From positions 6,420 to 70,419 of the IMG/VR virus record IMGVR_UViG_3300027791_002264: 64,000 nucleotides of DNA. One strand, given 5' to 3'. A program made the translations under genes and the position numbers. Below are positions 48,335-57,616 of the stretch, in pieces. The DNA is from a virus. Each line of letters starts with the position of its first letter. The first letter of the stretch is position 1. A model generated the notes under the pieces. The model saw only the letters and a program-made list of their open reading frames with translations, had not been told where the DNA came from and did not search any database.

Positions 48335-49060
48335 ATGGAACATAAAATATTTGAAGTCGGTGGTTGTGTAAGGGACGAAATCTTAGGAGTCCATACAAAA
48401 GACATCGATTTTACTTTTGTATTAAGTAATACTGATATGACAGTAGAAGAAGGGTGGAACAGAATGCTATCTATCCTTGAATCTGACGGATTTAAAATAT
48501 TCCTAAAAACACCAGACTGTTTTACTGTTAGGGCAATGTTTCCTAACGGACATGAACATGAAGGCTTAGTTGCTGATTTTGTTATGTCTAGGAAAGAAAT
48601 AGGAGTTATACCTGGAACTAGAAAACCTATATTAGAATTAGGAACATTGGAGGATGACTTAATCCGAAGAGATTTTACTCTCAATGCCTTATGTAAAGAT
48701 GAGAATGGTAATATCATAGATTTATTTAATGGAGTTGAAGATTTAAATAATAGAATTCTTAAGACTCCGTTACCTCCAATGAAAACATTAATGGATGATC
48801 CATTAAGAATGCTAAGAGGTTTAAGATTTTGCATCACTAAAGATTTTACTATTGATGATGAATTATGGAACTGTATGTTAGAGCCAGGTTTGTTATTTAA
48901 AATGAAAGATGTAGTTTCTCAAGAAAGAATCAGAGAAGAAGTTACTAAAATGTTTAAACATGATACTCTTAAGAGTTTAAATCTTTTAAGAACTATACCT
49001 GGATTGATGGAAGTTATATTAAAAGATGGAATGTGGTTAATGCCAACAACTAAAAAATAA
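48335..49060 (+). CDS. Class II tRNA nucleotidyltransferase (CCA-adding-like, no HD domain)
   Basis: VGGCVRD, DIDF, DLIRRDFTLNAL, DDPLRMLRGLRF, ERI.EE. Confidence 0.92.
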   Translation: MEHKIFEVGGCVRDEILGVHTKDIDFTFVLSNTDMTVEEGWNRMLSILESDGFKIFLKTPDCFTVRAMFPNGHEHEGLVADFVMSRKEIGVIPGTRKPILELGTLEDDLIRRDFTLNALCKDENGNIIDLFNGVEDLNNRILKTPLPPMKTLMDDPLRMLRGLRFCITKDFTIDDELWNCMLEPGLLFKMKDVVSQERIREEVTKMFKHDTLKSLNLLRTIPGLMEVILKDGMWLMPTTKK

Positions 49061-49063
49061 GAT

Positions 49064-49366
49064 ATGAAAAAGAAGATTAAATTAGAAACTCATATGGGAA
49101 TTGCATTTTCAACAATAGGTGGACAAAAATACTTATTTCCAGGATGGATCCCAGTAGAAGATCATATATCATTTGATGATGTAGAGGTTACTAATCCTTA
49201 TGCAAATCAAAAATCAGAGACTTATACAATTACTGGATCAAGAGGCGATAAATATACTGTAACAAACCGAAGTGGCAAATTCTCATGTGATTGCCCTGCA
49301 GGTAAATTTCGTGGATCTTGTAAACATTCAACACAAGTCCAGAAAGAATTAAGCTTGGTTGAATAA
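49064..49366 (+). CDS. SWIM zinc-finger protein
   Basis: CDCP....CKH. Confidence 0.85.
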   Translation: MKKKIKLETHMGIAFSTIGGQKYLFPGWIPVEDHISFDDVEVTNPYANQKSETYTITGSRGDKYTVTNRSGKFSCDCPAGKFRGSCKHSTQVQKELSLVE

Positions 49367-49389
49367 ATAAAGAAAAACAAATATTAATT

Positions 49390-50382
49390 ATGATAAATTT
49401 TTCATACGGACTAGCTAAGACTGGTGGCGGAGCAGCAAGCGATTGGGCATTCGGAACTGATCTAGGAATAGCAACAAATGCGCAAAGGAATACTAGTATA
49501 ACTCCACTAAGATCAGACGTTAAGACTGCAACAGTTACATCATTAGGTGTAGGATATTCTTCCACCCTAAACGGACCTATCCAATGTAGTGTTTCAGGTG
49601 GAACTGGAAATGGTGCAATTGTACAAATAGATACAACACCTACTGGTATTTTAATTGCTAATTCAGTAATTAACCCAACTGCTGGTTTTACAGCTTTTCA
49701 AAACGGTAGAATAATAGGTTATAATGTTGACAATTCAGCTTATTCTTTTGTAAGAGATACTGCAACCGGGGCAAACACTATTTCAGGAACAACTACAGCG
49801 CTTACGACTACTTCAAACGGAGGAGGAACTGGTGCTACAGTTTTATTAACAGTAACAAACGGATCTGTAACAAGAACTCAAATTAGCGGAGTAGGATCAG
49901 GATATGTAGCTGGTGAAATTATCAGTGTTTCTGTAGCTAATATGCAAGCAGCAATGAATGTATTAAATGGTGGTGCTACGGTAATTGCCGATAAGATAGA
50001 TTTATTCATAACTGAAGCTAATATTACAAATGGGTTATTAAGAATAGTAAATGTATTAAACGGAGGTACTGGTTATACTGCTGCTGATGTATTAACATTA
50101 CAAGAAATAGGAGGAGCAGAAACTGGAACAGCTACTATAACTGTAGCTACATTAGGACTTGGTTTAAGTTTAAACTCATCTCCAAATAATAGATATCCTA
50201 GAGCAGTTAAAACATCAACAGGAACACAGGCCGCTTCAAAAACAATTGAATTTGTTGGTTTGGATGATGTTAATGTTATTATAGGTGGATTTACTTCTGG
50301 TACAGTATTTCCTTTTAGCTTTAAACAAATTATAGATGCTGGTACTGATGCCGCATTAGGAGAGATTACTATTTTATATTAA
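49390..50382 (+). CDS. Gly/Thr-rich virion structural protein
   Basis: Repeated GG.GTGA / GSGY motifs; late-type promoter upstream. Confidence 0.65.
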   Translation: MINFSYGLAKTGGGAASDWAFGTDLGIATNAQRNTSITPLRSDVKTATVTSLGVGYSSTLNGPIQCSVSGGTGNGAIVQIDTTPTGILIANSVINPTAGFTAFQNGRIIGYNVDNSAYSFVRDTATGANTISGTTTALTTTSNGGGTGATVLLTVTNGSVTRTQISGVGSGYVAGEIISVSVANMQAAMNVLNGGATVIADKIDLFITEANITNGLLRIVNVLNGGTGYTAADVLTLQEIGGAETGTATITVATLGLGLSLNSSPNNRYPRAVKTSTGTQAASKTIEFVGLDDVNVIIGGFTSGTVFPFSFKQIIDAGTDAALGEITILY

Positions 50383-50403
50383 AACAAAAAATAAATTTAA
50401 AAG

Positions 50404-50592
50404 ATGGAAAAAGCAAAAGAATTATTTGGAAAAGTAGTAAGTTGGATTGACTCAAAAGGTTTCTCTGCTTTATTATCATTAGGTCTAGGTTTAGGTCTTT
50501 GGGTATTTGGTTATAAGATATATGCTGGAATTGCTTTTGGTGTATTCTTAACTAGAAACTGGGATCTACTCAGAGGATGGATAAAGAAATAA
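50404..50592 (+). CDS. Small membrane protein
   Basis: Two hydrophobic segments. Confidence 0.65.
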   Translation: MEKAKELFGKVVSWIDSKGFSALLSLGLGLGLWVFGYKIYAGIAFGVFLTRNWDLLRGWIKK

Positions 50593-50656
50593 TTTTAAAA
50601 GGAAAATCACCTCAGTTCATTTTTTGTTACTGGGATGATTATTCTATTTTACCAAT

Positions 50657-50692
50657 AGAAAAGATTAAAGAAAAGATTAAAGAAAAGATTAA
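50657..50692 (+). repeat. 3 x AGAAAAGATTAA tandem repeat
   Basis: Exact 12-bp units at 50657, 50669, 50681. Confidence 0.9.
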
Positions 50693-50707
50693 AACAAAGA
50701 AATTAAA

Positions 50708-51409
50708 ATGAAATACATACAATCATTTAAATCAATTAATGAAGGTGATGATACTATAGGAGGTCTTAATAAAATGGCATCTACTGATTTAGAAAGAATC
50801 GCTGACTATGCTGATATGATTAAAGATAGAATGTCACAAGGACAACAATTAGATGCTTGGATGTATTCTAAAATTTCAGATTCAGTTAAAAACCTAAATT
50901 CAGTTCATGATACAATGGATGGTAATGATGGTGTTGTTGAAGCAAAATCATTCGGAGCTAAGGAGATAATGAAGGAATTAAAGAATAGCGGTGATTGGGG
51001 AGATTTAGCTGATCAGGTTTATATGAAATCAGGTAATATGGTATTTGTAGACACTTTTTTCTATGGAGAAGAAAGAGCTATGAAACAATTAGAAGATTCT
51101 TGGAAGAAAGGTGGTAACAATTATGATTATTGGAATAAAGAATATGGTGTTGATTTTAAAATAGTAGATACCTTTTCTGAAATAAAAGCACAAGGTAGAC
51201 ATAAAAAATTAACAAAGGATGGGATTGTTGGTGTTGTGTTAAAAGTTACTCCTGGTAAAATATCAGAATCAGTAGTTAATGAAGGTAAAGGTGCAGAGCA
51301 ATATTTTGGCGATTTAAAATATAACTACACAAAATCATTACGCTATCTAGATAAAGATGAAAAAAAGGAATATAATAAATTAGCTAAAGATTTCTTTTCT
51401 AAAATATAA
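50708..51409 (+). CDS. Putative capsid-internal polyprotein
   Basis: MKYIQSFKSINEG; VVEA; ESVVNEG. Confidence 0.65.
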   Translation: MKYIQSFKSINEGDDTIGGLNKMASTDLERIADYADMIKDRMSQGQQLDAWMYSKISDSVKNLNSVHDTMDGNDGVVEAKSFGAKEIMKELKNSGDWGDLADQVYMKSGNMVFVDTFFYGEERAMKQLEDSWKKGGNNYDYWNKEYGVDFKIVDTFSEIKAQGRHKKLTKDGIVGVVLKVTPGKISESVVNEGKGAEQYFGDLKYNYTKSLRYLDKDEKKEYNKLAKDFFSKI

Positions 51410-51435
51410 GAATCAGTTAAATAAAATTAAAGATA

Positions 51436-52170
51436 ATGAAATACATTAAATTATTTGAAAAGTTTACTAAAGAATATCAAACTAAGATAGACCTTAAAGA
51501 TTTTAAGAAAATCAAAAAAGGATCTATGATTCAGTATATGGGTGTTCCTGTTGAGGTTGTAGATAATAGCGGTTATGTATTAAAATTAAAAGATGATGAC
51601 GGTAAAATCTTTGTAGTCAACAAAGGTCAATTTGATCATGGTGGAAGAATTAATGAAGCAAAAGACAATCTTTATTTACAGTTACATAAAAAATATGCTG
51701 AACAAATCAAAGGACTTAAAGCAAAGAAGATTAAGAAACTAACTGATTTGGTAAGTGTACAACGAAGGTCAATGGAAGAAAGAGAAGATTACTTCGATAT
51801 GGATTCTAAGAAAAAGAAAGAACTTACAGCAGAATACGATGAAGAAAGAAAACTGTTTAAGAAATATATGGGTCGTGATTATTCAGTAATGTTACCTAAA
51901 GGAACAGAATCTCTCAGAGAAGCTTCATCTACTGATGGTGGGGATAAATCAAATGGTAATGCTCATCATGAAGACCATAAAGAAAAAAGCATAGCTCAGC
52001 ATTGGAAAGATACATACGGAGAAGAATTTAGTTCAAAATATCCAGCCATTGGTAAAATGCTTAAACAGAGACCAGGTATGGATAAAAGAGAACTTAAAAG
52101 AATATGGGATGAAACTTATGGTGAAAACTTTGAGGAGCAATATCCTGCGCTATATAACAAATTAGATTAA
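51436..52170 (+). CDS. Putative capsid-internal polyprotein
   Basis: MKYIKLFEKF; INEA; ESLREA; duplicated W..TYGE.F...YPA. Confidence 0.65.
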   Translation: MKYIKLFEKFTKEYQTKIDLKDFKKIKKGSMIQYMGVPVEVVDNSGYVLKLKDDDGKIFVVNKGQFDHGGRINEAKDNLYLQLHKKYAEQIKGLKAKKIKKLTDLVSVQRRSMEEREDYFDMDSKKKKELTAEYDEERKLFKKYMGRDYSVMLPKGTESLREASSTDGGDKSNGNAHHEDHKEKSIAQHWKDTYGEEFSSKYPAIGKMLKQRPGMDKRELKRIWDETYGENFEEQYPALYNKLD

Positions 52171-52174
52171 AACC

Positions 52175-53458
52175 ATGAAACATATTAAAACATTTGAAAA
52201 GATTAATGAGCTAAGATCCGATATGATATCTGGAACAAGCGGAAGAAGAATAGATTCTTTAGAAGATAAAAAATATGAATTAAAGAAAGATGTTAAAGGT
52301 GCTACGATTGGAAGCTTTTCAAATGTAACACTCCCTAAAGGAACTATTATTTATAATTTACCTGGCGGATTATTTGCCGATCATTTTTCTCTAAAGAATA
52401 AGTATTCGAGTAGATCATCACAAGGTCCACAGTATTTTGACAAGCCTGACTTTAAAGGTATAATGATTAGACAAATACCAGATGTCTTAGCTGCTATCGA
52501 AAAGAACAGTAAAGTTTTAGAATCAATTACTGAAGGAACATATAATTCAAAGAATCATATAGGATCTACTTCTGATGGGCAAGGTTCTAATGCCGAGATT
52601 TATAAAAAAGGAAAAGGGTATTATGTAGTTGTTAGTGGTGAAGCTGATTATGATTTTGATGCAAAGAATGATAAAGAGTTATTAAAAAAGTTAAAAGATA
52701 ATGAATTTGATTCTACTGATATATTAGAATCGGTTAATGAAGCTAAAAGAGCTGGTCTTTCTAAAGAAGAAACTCTAAAAGTTGCACAGAAATTTGCAAA
52801 AGCTTTATCAAAAGTAGATGGTGTAAAGGTTACAGTTAGTAAAGGTCATGAAGAAGATTCATTTGATTTAGATTATGATGGTGAAGAATACGATGGTGGT
52901 TCATATAATATTAATGATGATGGTTCAGTAGTTAATATGGCAGTTAGACATCCTAAAACAAAAGTATCGCCAACTTATGGTAACATTAACGATGATGTTG
53001 CTACAATTGTAAAGACTATTAAGAAGTTACCTAAGATGTTAGGCGAAGGTACTGTTATTGATTTAAGATTAGTTAATGAAAATGTTAATGATGAAATTGA
53101 AATGGCATTAATGAATTGGTTAAATACTTTAGCTGATGGTGATGCTGTTAATATGTCAGATCTTTATTTAGACAACGGTATTCTTTTAGGAACTGTTGCC
53201 AAAGAAATAAAACAAGGAAGAGAACAGATTCAAGAATATTTTGAAATGTTTTTAAAGAAAAGCCCAATCGGAAGTATTGATACTTTTATTTTACAAAACT
53301 TTGGAGATGTTTGTATTTCTGATGGTACTTATACATTTGAAATTGACGGTGAAGGTGGTAACAGAGAATCAGTTGCAGCAAGATATACTTATGTATGGAA
53401 AAAAGAAAATGAAAAATGGATGATTGCAACACATCACTCATCAGTAAACCCTAAATAA
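52175..53458 (+). CDS. Putative capsid-internal polyprotein with C-terminal SnoaL/NTF2-like domain
   Basis: MKHIKTFEKINE; ESITEG, ESVNEA, VNENVND; ARYTYVW....W.I..HHSS. Confidence 0.7.
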   Translation: MKHIKTFEKINELRSDMISGTSGRRIDSLEDKKYELKKDVKGATIGSFSNVTLPKGTIIYNLPGGLFADHFSLKNKYSSRSSQGPQYFDKPDFKGIMIRQIPDVLAAIEKNSKVLESITEGTYNSKNHIGSTSDGQGSNAEIYKKGKGYYVVVSGEADYDFDAKNDKELLKKLKDNEFDSTDILESVNEAKRAGLSKEETLKVAQKFAKALSKVDGVKVTVSKGHEEDSFDLDYDGEEYDGGSYNINDDGSVVNMAVRHPKTKVSPTYGNINDDVATIVKTIKKLPKMLGEGTVIDLRLVNENVNDEIEMALMNWLNTLADGDAVNMSDLYLDNGILLGTVAKEIKQGREQIQEYFEMFLKKSPIGSIDTFILQNFGDVCISDGTYTFEIDGEGGNRESVAARYTYVWKKENEKWMIATHHSSVNPK

Positions 53459-53459
53459 G

Positions 53460-53795
53460 ATGAAATATTTAAAAGACTTTGATTTAATAAATGAAGGAAG
53501 ACCTATGTTCCAAGATACTCCTAATGAGTTAGCTTATTTAGATTTTAAAAAATGGGCATATAAGAACAGAGGTAAGATCAAAAAAGAACTTGCTGGTATT
53601 ACAGATGGTACTAAATTATTCATTGCCTTAAGACAAGTGTGGATGGATTGGGCAAACAAGAATGCAAAAGAATGGAGTTATCTTCATTCAACTGATGTTG
53701 CAAGAAAAGATTTTGGCAGAGCTTTAGCTATAATGCTAAAAACAGATGATCTTATTATAAAAAAATCTGGTAATAAATTAATAGATTTAAAATAA
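53460..53795 (+). CDS. Putative capsid-internal protein
   Basis: MKYLKDFDLINEG. Confidence 0.65.
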   Translation: MKYLKDFDLINEGRPMFQDTPNELAYLDFKKWAYKNRGKIKKELAGITDGTKLFIALRQVWMDWANKNAKEWSYLHSTDVARKDFGRALAIMLKTDDLIIKKSGNKLIDLK

Positions 53796-53796
53796 C

Positions 53797-54366
53797 ATGA
53801 ATAATATACCTACATTTAAAGAATTTAATAATAAAAGATTAATTAATGAAACGTATGATTTGTTAGAAGGTAGTGTAAGCTATGAAGATCTTAATGATGT
53901 TTTAAATGAAGGTATCTTTTCTTTTATTAAAGGTATCTTTATGAACCCAGGGCAAAAAAGAAAGCTAAGAAAGTTAGGAGATCAATTATTTAAAATAAAA
54001 GTTCAAATTCAAAAATTAGATATAGAACAAAATGATATTGACAAAGCTGAAGGAGAACTTAAATCTAAAGATTCTAATTATACAGCAGATCCTATAGTAG
54101 CAGTAGCAGTAAATGCAGAAGAAAAGAAAAAGCAAGCATTACAAAATAAAGAAGGTATTGTAATAGATCAAATGGATTCTGTTGCTGGGCAGAATGAAAC
54201 TCTAACTAAATATGTTAATAAACTTAAATTGGAAGTTAGGATGAAAGCTAATGAAGCTACTATTAAAATAGCTGATGATGAAATGGAAAGAATTCTAAAA
54301 AAGATACAAAAGAAAGATGCTAAAGAAATTGAAAAACTGGATAAAGACTTGGGTGAAGCAGCCTAA
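53797..54366 (+). CDS. Putative capsid-internal coiled-coil protein
   Basis: MNNIPTFKEF...LINE, LLEG, LNEG. Confidence 0.65.
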   Translation: MNNIPTFKEFNNKRLINETYDLLEGSVSYEDLNDVLNEGIFSFIKGIFMNPGQKRKLRKLGDQLFKIKVQIQKLDIEQNDIDKAEGELKSKDSNYTADPIVAVAVNAEEKKKQALQNKEGIVIDQMDSVAGQNETLTKYVNKLKLEVRMKANEATIKIADDEMERILKKIQKKDAKEIEKLDKDLGEAA

Positions 54367-54407
54367 AGAAGATCCTTATGATACTTGGTATCCTGATAGA
54401 TAATGTA

Positions 54408-54432
54408 TAAAGCTGGCTAATGCCGGCTTTTA
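54408..54432 (+). terminator. Probable intrinsic terminator
   Basis: AAAGCTGGC-TAAT-GCCGGCTTTT. Confidence 0.75.
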
Positions 54433-54627
54433 TTGTCTCTAAGTATAACCTTCATCTAAAAGAGAGATATCTAAATATATAGATACATACAACAAAGCTA
54501 TTTTATGATGATAGCCCCTCCCTATCCTCTTTATACATTGTCTAAGCACTGCACTAATCATTAAAACTTAATACATTTTACATAAAACAAATTTCATTTA
54601 TTACATATAATAATAAATTAAGTATAC

Positions 54628-54885
54628 ATGGATAACTTTATAGATCAAGCAATTTACAATTCTTATATGATAATTGCTGGAGAATTAACATTTGAACAAA
54701 TCGTTGAAGATTGTGAAATAATATCGGAAGATTCAAAAGATCCTATGGATTCTATGACTTTTCCAGTTTTCTTTATACCTCCAGGTGAAGGCTATGATAA
54801 TGAAGACTTAAATGAAATGATTAAATCATTTGAAGAAACAGAAGAATATGAAAAATGTTCTGTATTACTAAAATTAAAAAAATAA
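54628..54885 (+). CDS. Small acidic protein with UVR-like C-terminus
   Basis: FEETEEYEKCSVL. Confidence 0.65.
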   Translation: MDNFIDQAIYNSYMIIAGELTFEQIVEDCEIISEDSKDPMDSMTFPVFFIPPGEGYDNEDLNEMIKSFEETEEYEKCSVLLKLKK

Positions 54886-55011
54886 AAAGATGAAAACAAA
54901 AAAGCAAGAAATGAAAGATTTCCTATTAAATCATAAAGGAAATAAGTATAAAGCAAATAACATAGTAAGTTTATTATGGAAGTATGTAACAGGTAAAAAG
55001 AGTAAGTAATT

Positions 55012-55275
55012 ATGTGGTGGATAATAGGAATAACAGCTGTATTTGTAGCTATGTTTATATTCATTGGGATATCATTATATCATGCACCTTTAATGCCTGA
55101 GGATTATGGACTAAAAGAAGAAGATATTTGGCCAGGTAATGAAATAACTAAAAAAGAAGATCCTAAATTAAAAGTAAAGGAAATAAAGAAAAATAAAAAA
55201 AGATCTTTTAATAAATCACAACCAGAATCTTTATTAAAATATTTACCACCAAATGATTATGAATTAGATAATTAA
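55012..55275 (+). CDS. Membrane-anchored hypothetical protein
   Basis: N-terminal TM. Confidence 0.65.
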   Translation: MWWIIGITAVFVAMFIFIGISLYHAPLMPEDYGLKEEDIWPGNEITKKEDPKLKVKEIKKNKKRSFNKSQPESLLKYLPPNDYELDN

Positions 55276-55279
55276 TAAT

Positions 55280-56344
55280 ATGACATTAGTAGATTCAACA
55301 TGGACATGTGGTTGCGGATCATTGAATTCAGGATACTTAACAAGCTGCCCTGATTGTGATGCAAGAAAAACACCTAACAATCTTATTATAAATTATAACC
55401 TAAAAGGTGGTGGTACATTATCACAAGTAGAAACTTTAATTAAAGCCTTTGCATATAATCCTCATTTATTACATAATCTAAAAACAAAAACATCATTAGA
55501 GATAAAAATATCAGAGTCTTTTCATATGAAGAATGTTACGACTGTTCTTAATTGGTGGGATTCTGTTTTAGATCAGGAGAATAATGAAAGTAGTGAAATA
55601 TTTGAATTATCTGAAGCAAGCTTAAGATCTTTACCAAAAGCATATAATACTGAATGTGGAAATCATTTATTACCATCCCTTAACTTAATTAATAATGAAT
55701 ATGATATACAGCTTTTACCTAAATTAAGAGAAGTTTGTGGAGTATTATTTAATTGGAAATCTTCATTGATAGATGATGTAGATTATCATTATAAAAAATG
55801 GGCTTTGGATTCTAATACATTAGCTGTTCATCTAAGAACAACTGATATGAATGGATTACATAGTTGGTGGGGTACGGCTACTTTAGATGATTATGTGACT
55901 TTAATTAATAAAGCTATTAAAGAAAATCCAAATATTAATAAAATATTTATAGCTAGTGATTCAACGAAAGACATTAAATATTTAAATACAATTAATAACT
56001 TACCTCCTATACATTCTTTTAATATTTCAAGATTAGATAGTATTGAATTAGATTCATATTCTCAGCAATTAAAAAATTGGAGTGATCCTAATAATGGCTA
56101 TGAAGTATTAAGAGATGTTCATATGCTTGCTAGGCTTCCTATTTTTATAGGCAGAATAAGCTCTGTTACAAATGTGGCTATTATATTAAATAAAAATATA
56201 AAAAAATACTATTGTATTAATGAACATAGTAATGATCATACTGACTTAGAAAATACCAGAAGAACAGTAGTAACCAAATATTTTCCACCTATAGGCATAA
56301 CCTTAAATAATGACCAATTAGAAAAATACATAAAGATAAAATAA
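55280..56344 (+). CDS. NodZ/O-fucosyltransferase-like with N-terminal Zn ribbon
   Basis: WTCGCG...CPDC; AVHLRTTD, IFIASD. Confidence 0.7.
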   Translation: MTLVDSTWTCGCGSLNSGYLTSCPDCDARKTPNNLIINYNLKGGGTLSQVETLIKAFAYNPHLLHNLKTKTSLEIKISESFHMKNVTTVLNWWDSVLDQENNESSEIFELSEASLRSLPKAYNTECGNHLLPSLNLINNEYDIQLLPKLREVCGVLFNWKSSLIDDVDYHYKKWALDSNTLAVHLRTTDMNGLHSWWGTATLDDYVTLINKAIKENPNINKIFIASDSTKDIKYLNTINNLPPIHSFNISRLDSIELDSYSQQLKNWSDPNNGYEVLRDVHMLARLPIFIGRISSVTNVAIILNKNIKKYYCINEHSNDHTDLENTRRTVVTKYFPPIGITLNNDQLEKYIKIK

Positions 56345-56658
56345 TGCCAACTAAAAAGATAAGAAAAGAATTTAAAGAAGCAAACCGAAAAGAAATACGC
56401 TATGCCGTAATGGAGAATTTCTTTTTTGGTTTAAGTGGAGCTGTGATAGTTCCATTTATTGCATTAAGAATGGATATTGCAGTACTTATAGGTTATATGA
56501 TACATTATTTTTATATTAGTAAAGTTATAAACAGACCTAAGTATACAACAAGTTTAGCTAAATTTATTTTATTTCCAATACCAACTGCCTTAGGTGGCTT
56601 TGTAGGATATAAGATTGCATATTTTATTTCACAATACTTAACAGAATACATTCAATAA
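56344..56658 (+). CDS. Membrane protein
   Basis: About three hydrophobic segments. Confidence 0.65.
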   Translation: MPTKKIRKEFKEANRKEIRYAVMENFFFGLSGAVIVPFIALRMDIAVLIGYMIHYFYISKVINRPKYTTSLAKFILFPIPTALGGFVGYKIAYFISQYLTEYIQ

Positions 56659-56695
56659 TAACTAAAATTTGTTATAATTATATTAAATACTAAAT

Positions 56696-57613
56696 ATGAT
56701 AGAAGATAAAGATTTTACGATAGATGAAAGATACCAAGAACTCTTACAAACAATTTTAGATTTTGGTAAAGAAAAGAAAGATAGAACTGGAACTGGTACA
56801 AAATCAATATTCGGATATACAATAAGACATGATATGACTCAAGGATTTCCTTTGTTAACTACAAAGAAGATGGCTTATAAGTCAATGATAACAGAATTAA
56901 AATGGTTCTTAAGAGGAGATACAAATATTAAGTACTTACAAGAAAATAATTGTAAAATATGGGATGGTGATTATGCTAAGAGTGGAAGAACTGATGGTGA
57001 CCTAGGTCCTATATATGGAAAGCAGTGGAGAAATTGGAACGGTGTAGATCAAATTCAGGATTTATTAATACAGCTTGAAAATAACCCAGACTCAAGACGA
57101 TTAATGGTAAATGCTTGGAATGTTAATGATTTAAATAAAATGACACTACCTCCTTGCCATTATGGATTTCAAATTTACACAACTGAATTAACTCTAAAAG
57201 AAAGACAAGAAGAATTTTGTCATAAGTTAGGTAAGAGCATACATTTTGCAAAAAACTTAGAACACGACTTTTTAGATAAAGATAATGTTCCTAAAAGAAA
57301 AATATCATTAATGTGGAATCAAAGATCCGTTGATGTATTTTTAGGATTGCCTTTTAATATTGCAAGCTATGCATTACTCCTTGAGTTAATAGGAAAAGAA
57401 GCAAACATGGTACCTGATCAGCTAATTGGTAATTTAGGAGATACTCATTTATACCTTAATCATTTAGAACAAGCAAAGGAACAACTTAAAAGAGATCCTA
57501 TAATGTTACCAGAAATAGAAGTAAGTAAAGTAGATATATTAAATGGAAAGTTTGATTATGACCTAATAGGTTATGAAAGTCATCCAAGCATTAAAGCACC
57601 TTTAAGTAATTAG
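56696..57613 (+). CDS. thyA: Thymidylate synthase
   Basis: DRTGTGT, FPLLTTK, LGPIYG.QWR, LPPCH, QRSVD.FLGLPFNIASY, HLYLNH. Confidence 0.97.
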   Translation: MIEDKDFTIDERYQELLQTILDFGKEKKDRTGTGTKSIFGYTIRHDMTQGFPLLTTKKMAYKSMITELKWFLRGDTNIKYLQENNCKIWDGDYAKSGRTDGDLGPIYGKQWRNWNGVDQIQDLLIQLENNPDSRRLMVNAWNVNDLNKMTLPPCHYGFQIYTTELTLKERQEEFCHKLGKSIHFAKNLEHDFLDKDNVPKRKISLMWNQRSVDVFLGLPFNIASYALLLELIGKEANMVPDQLIGNLGDTHLYLNHLEQAKEQLKRDPIMLPEIEVSKVDILNGKFDYDLIGYESHPSIKAPLSN

Positions 57614-57616
57614 AAA

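Noticed and set aside
54362-54403. Short frame PKEDPYDTWYPDR overlapping the 53797 stop as a programmed frameshift
   Set aside because: No slippery site or other support; too short to distinguish from chance or a relic.
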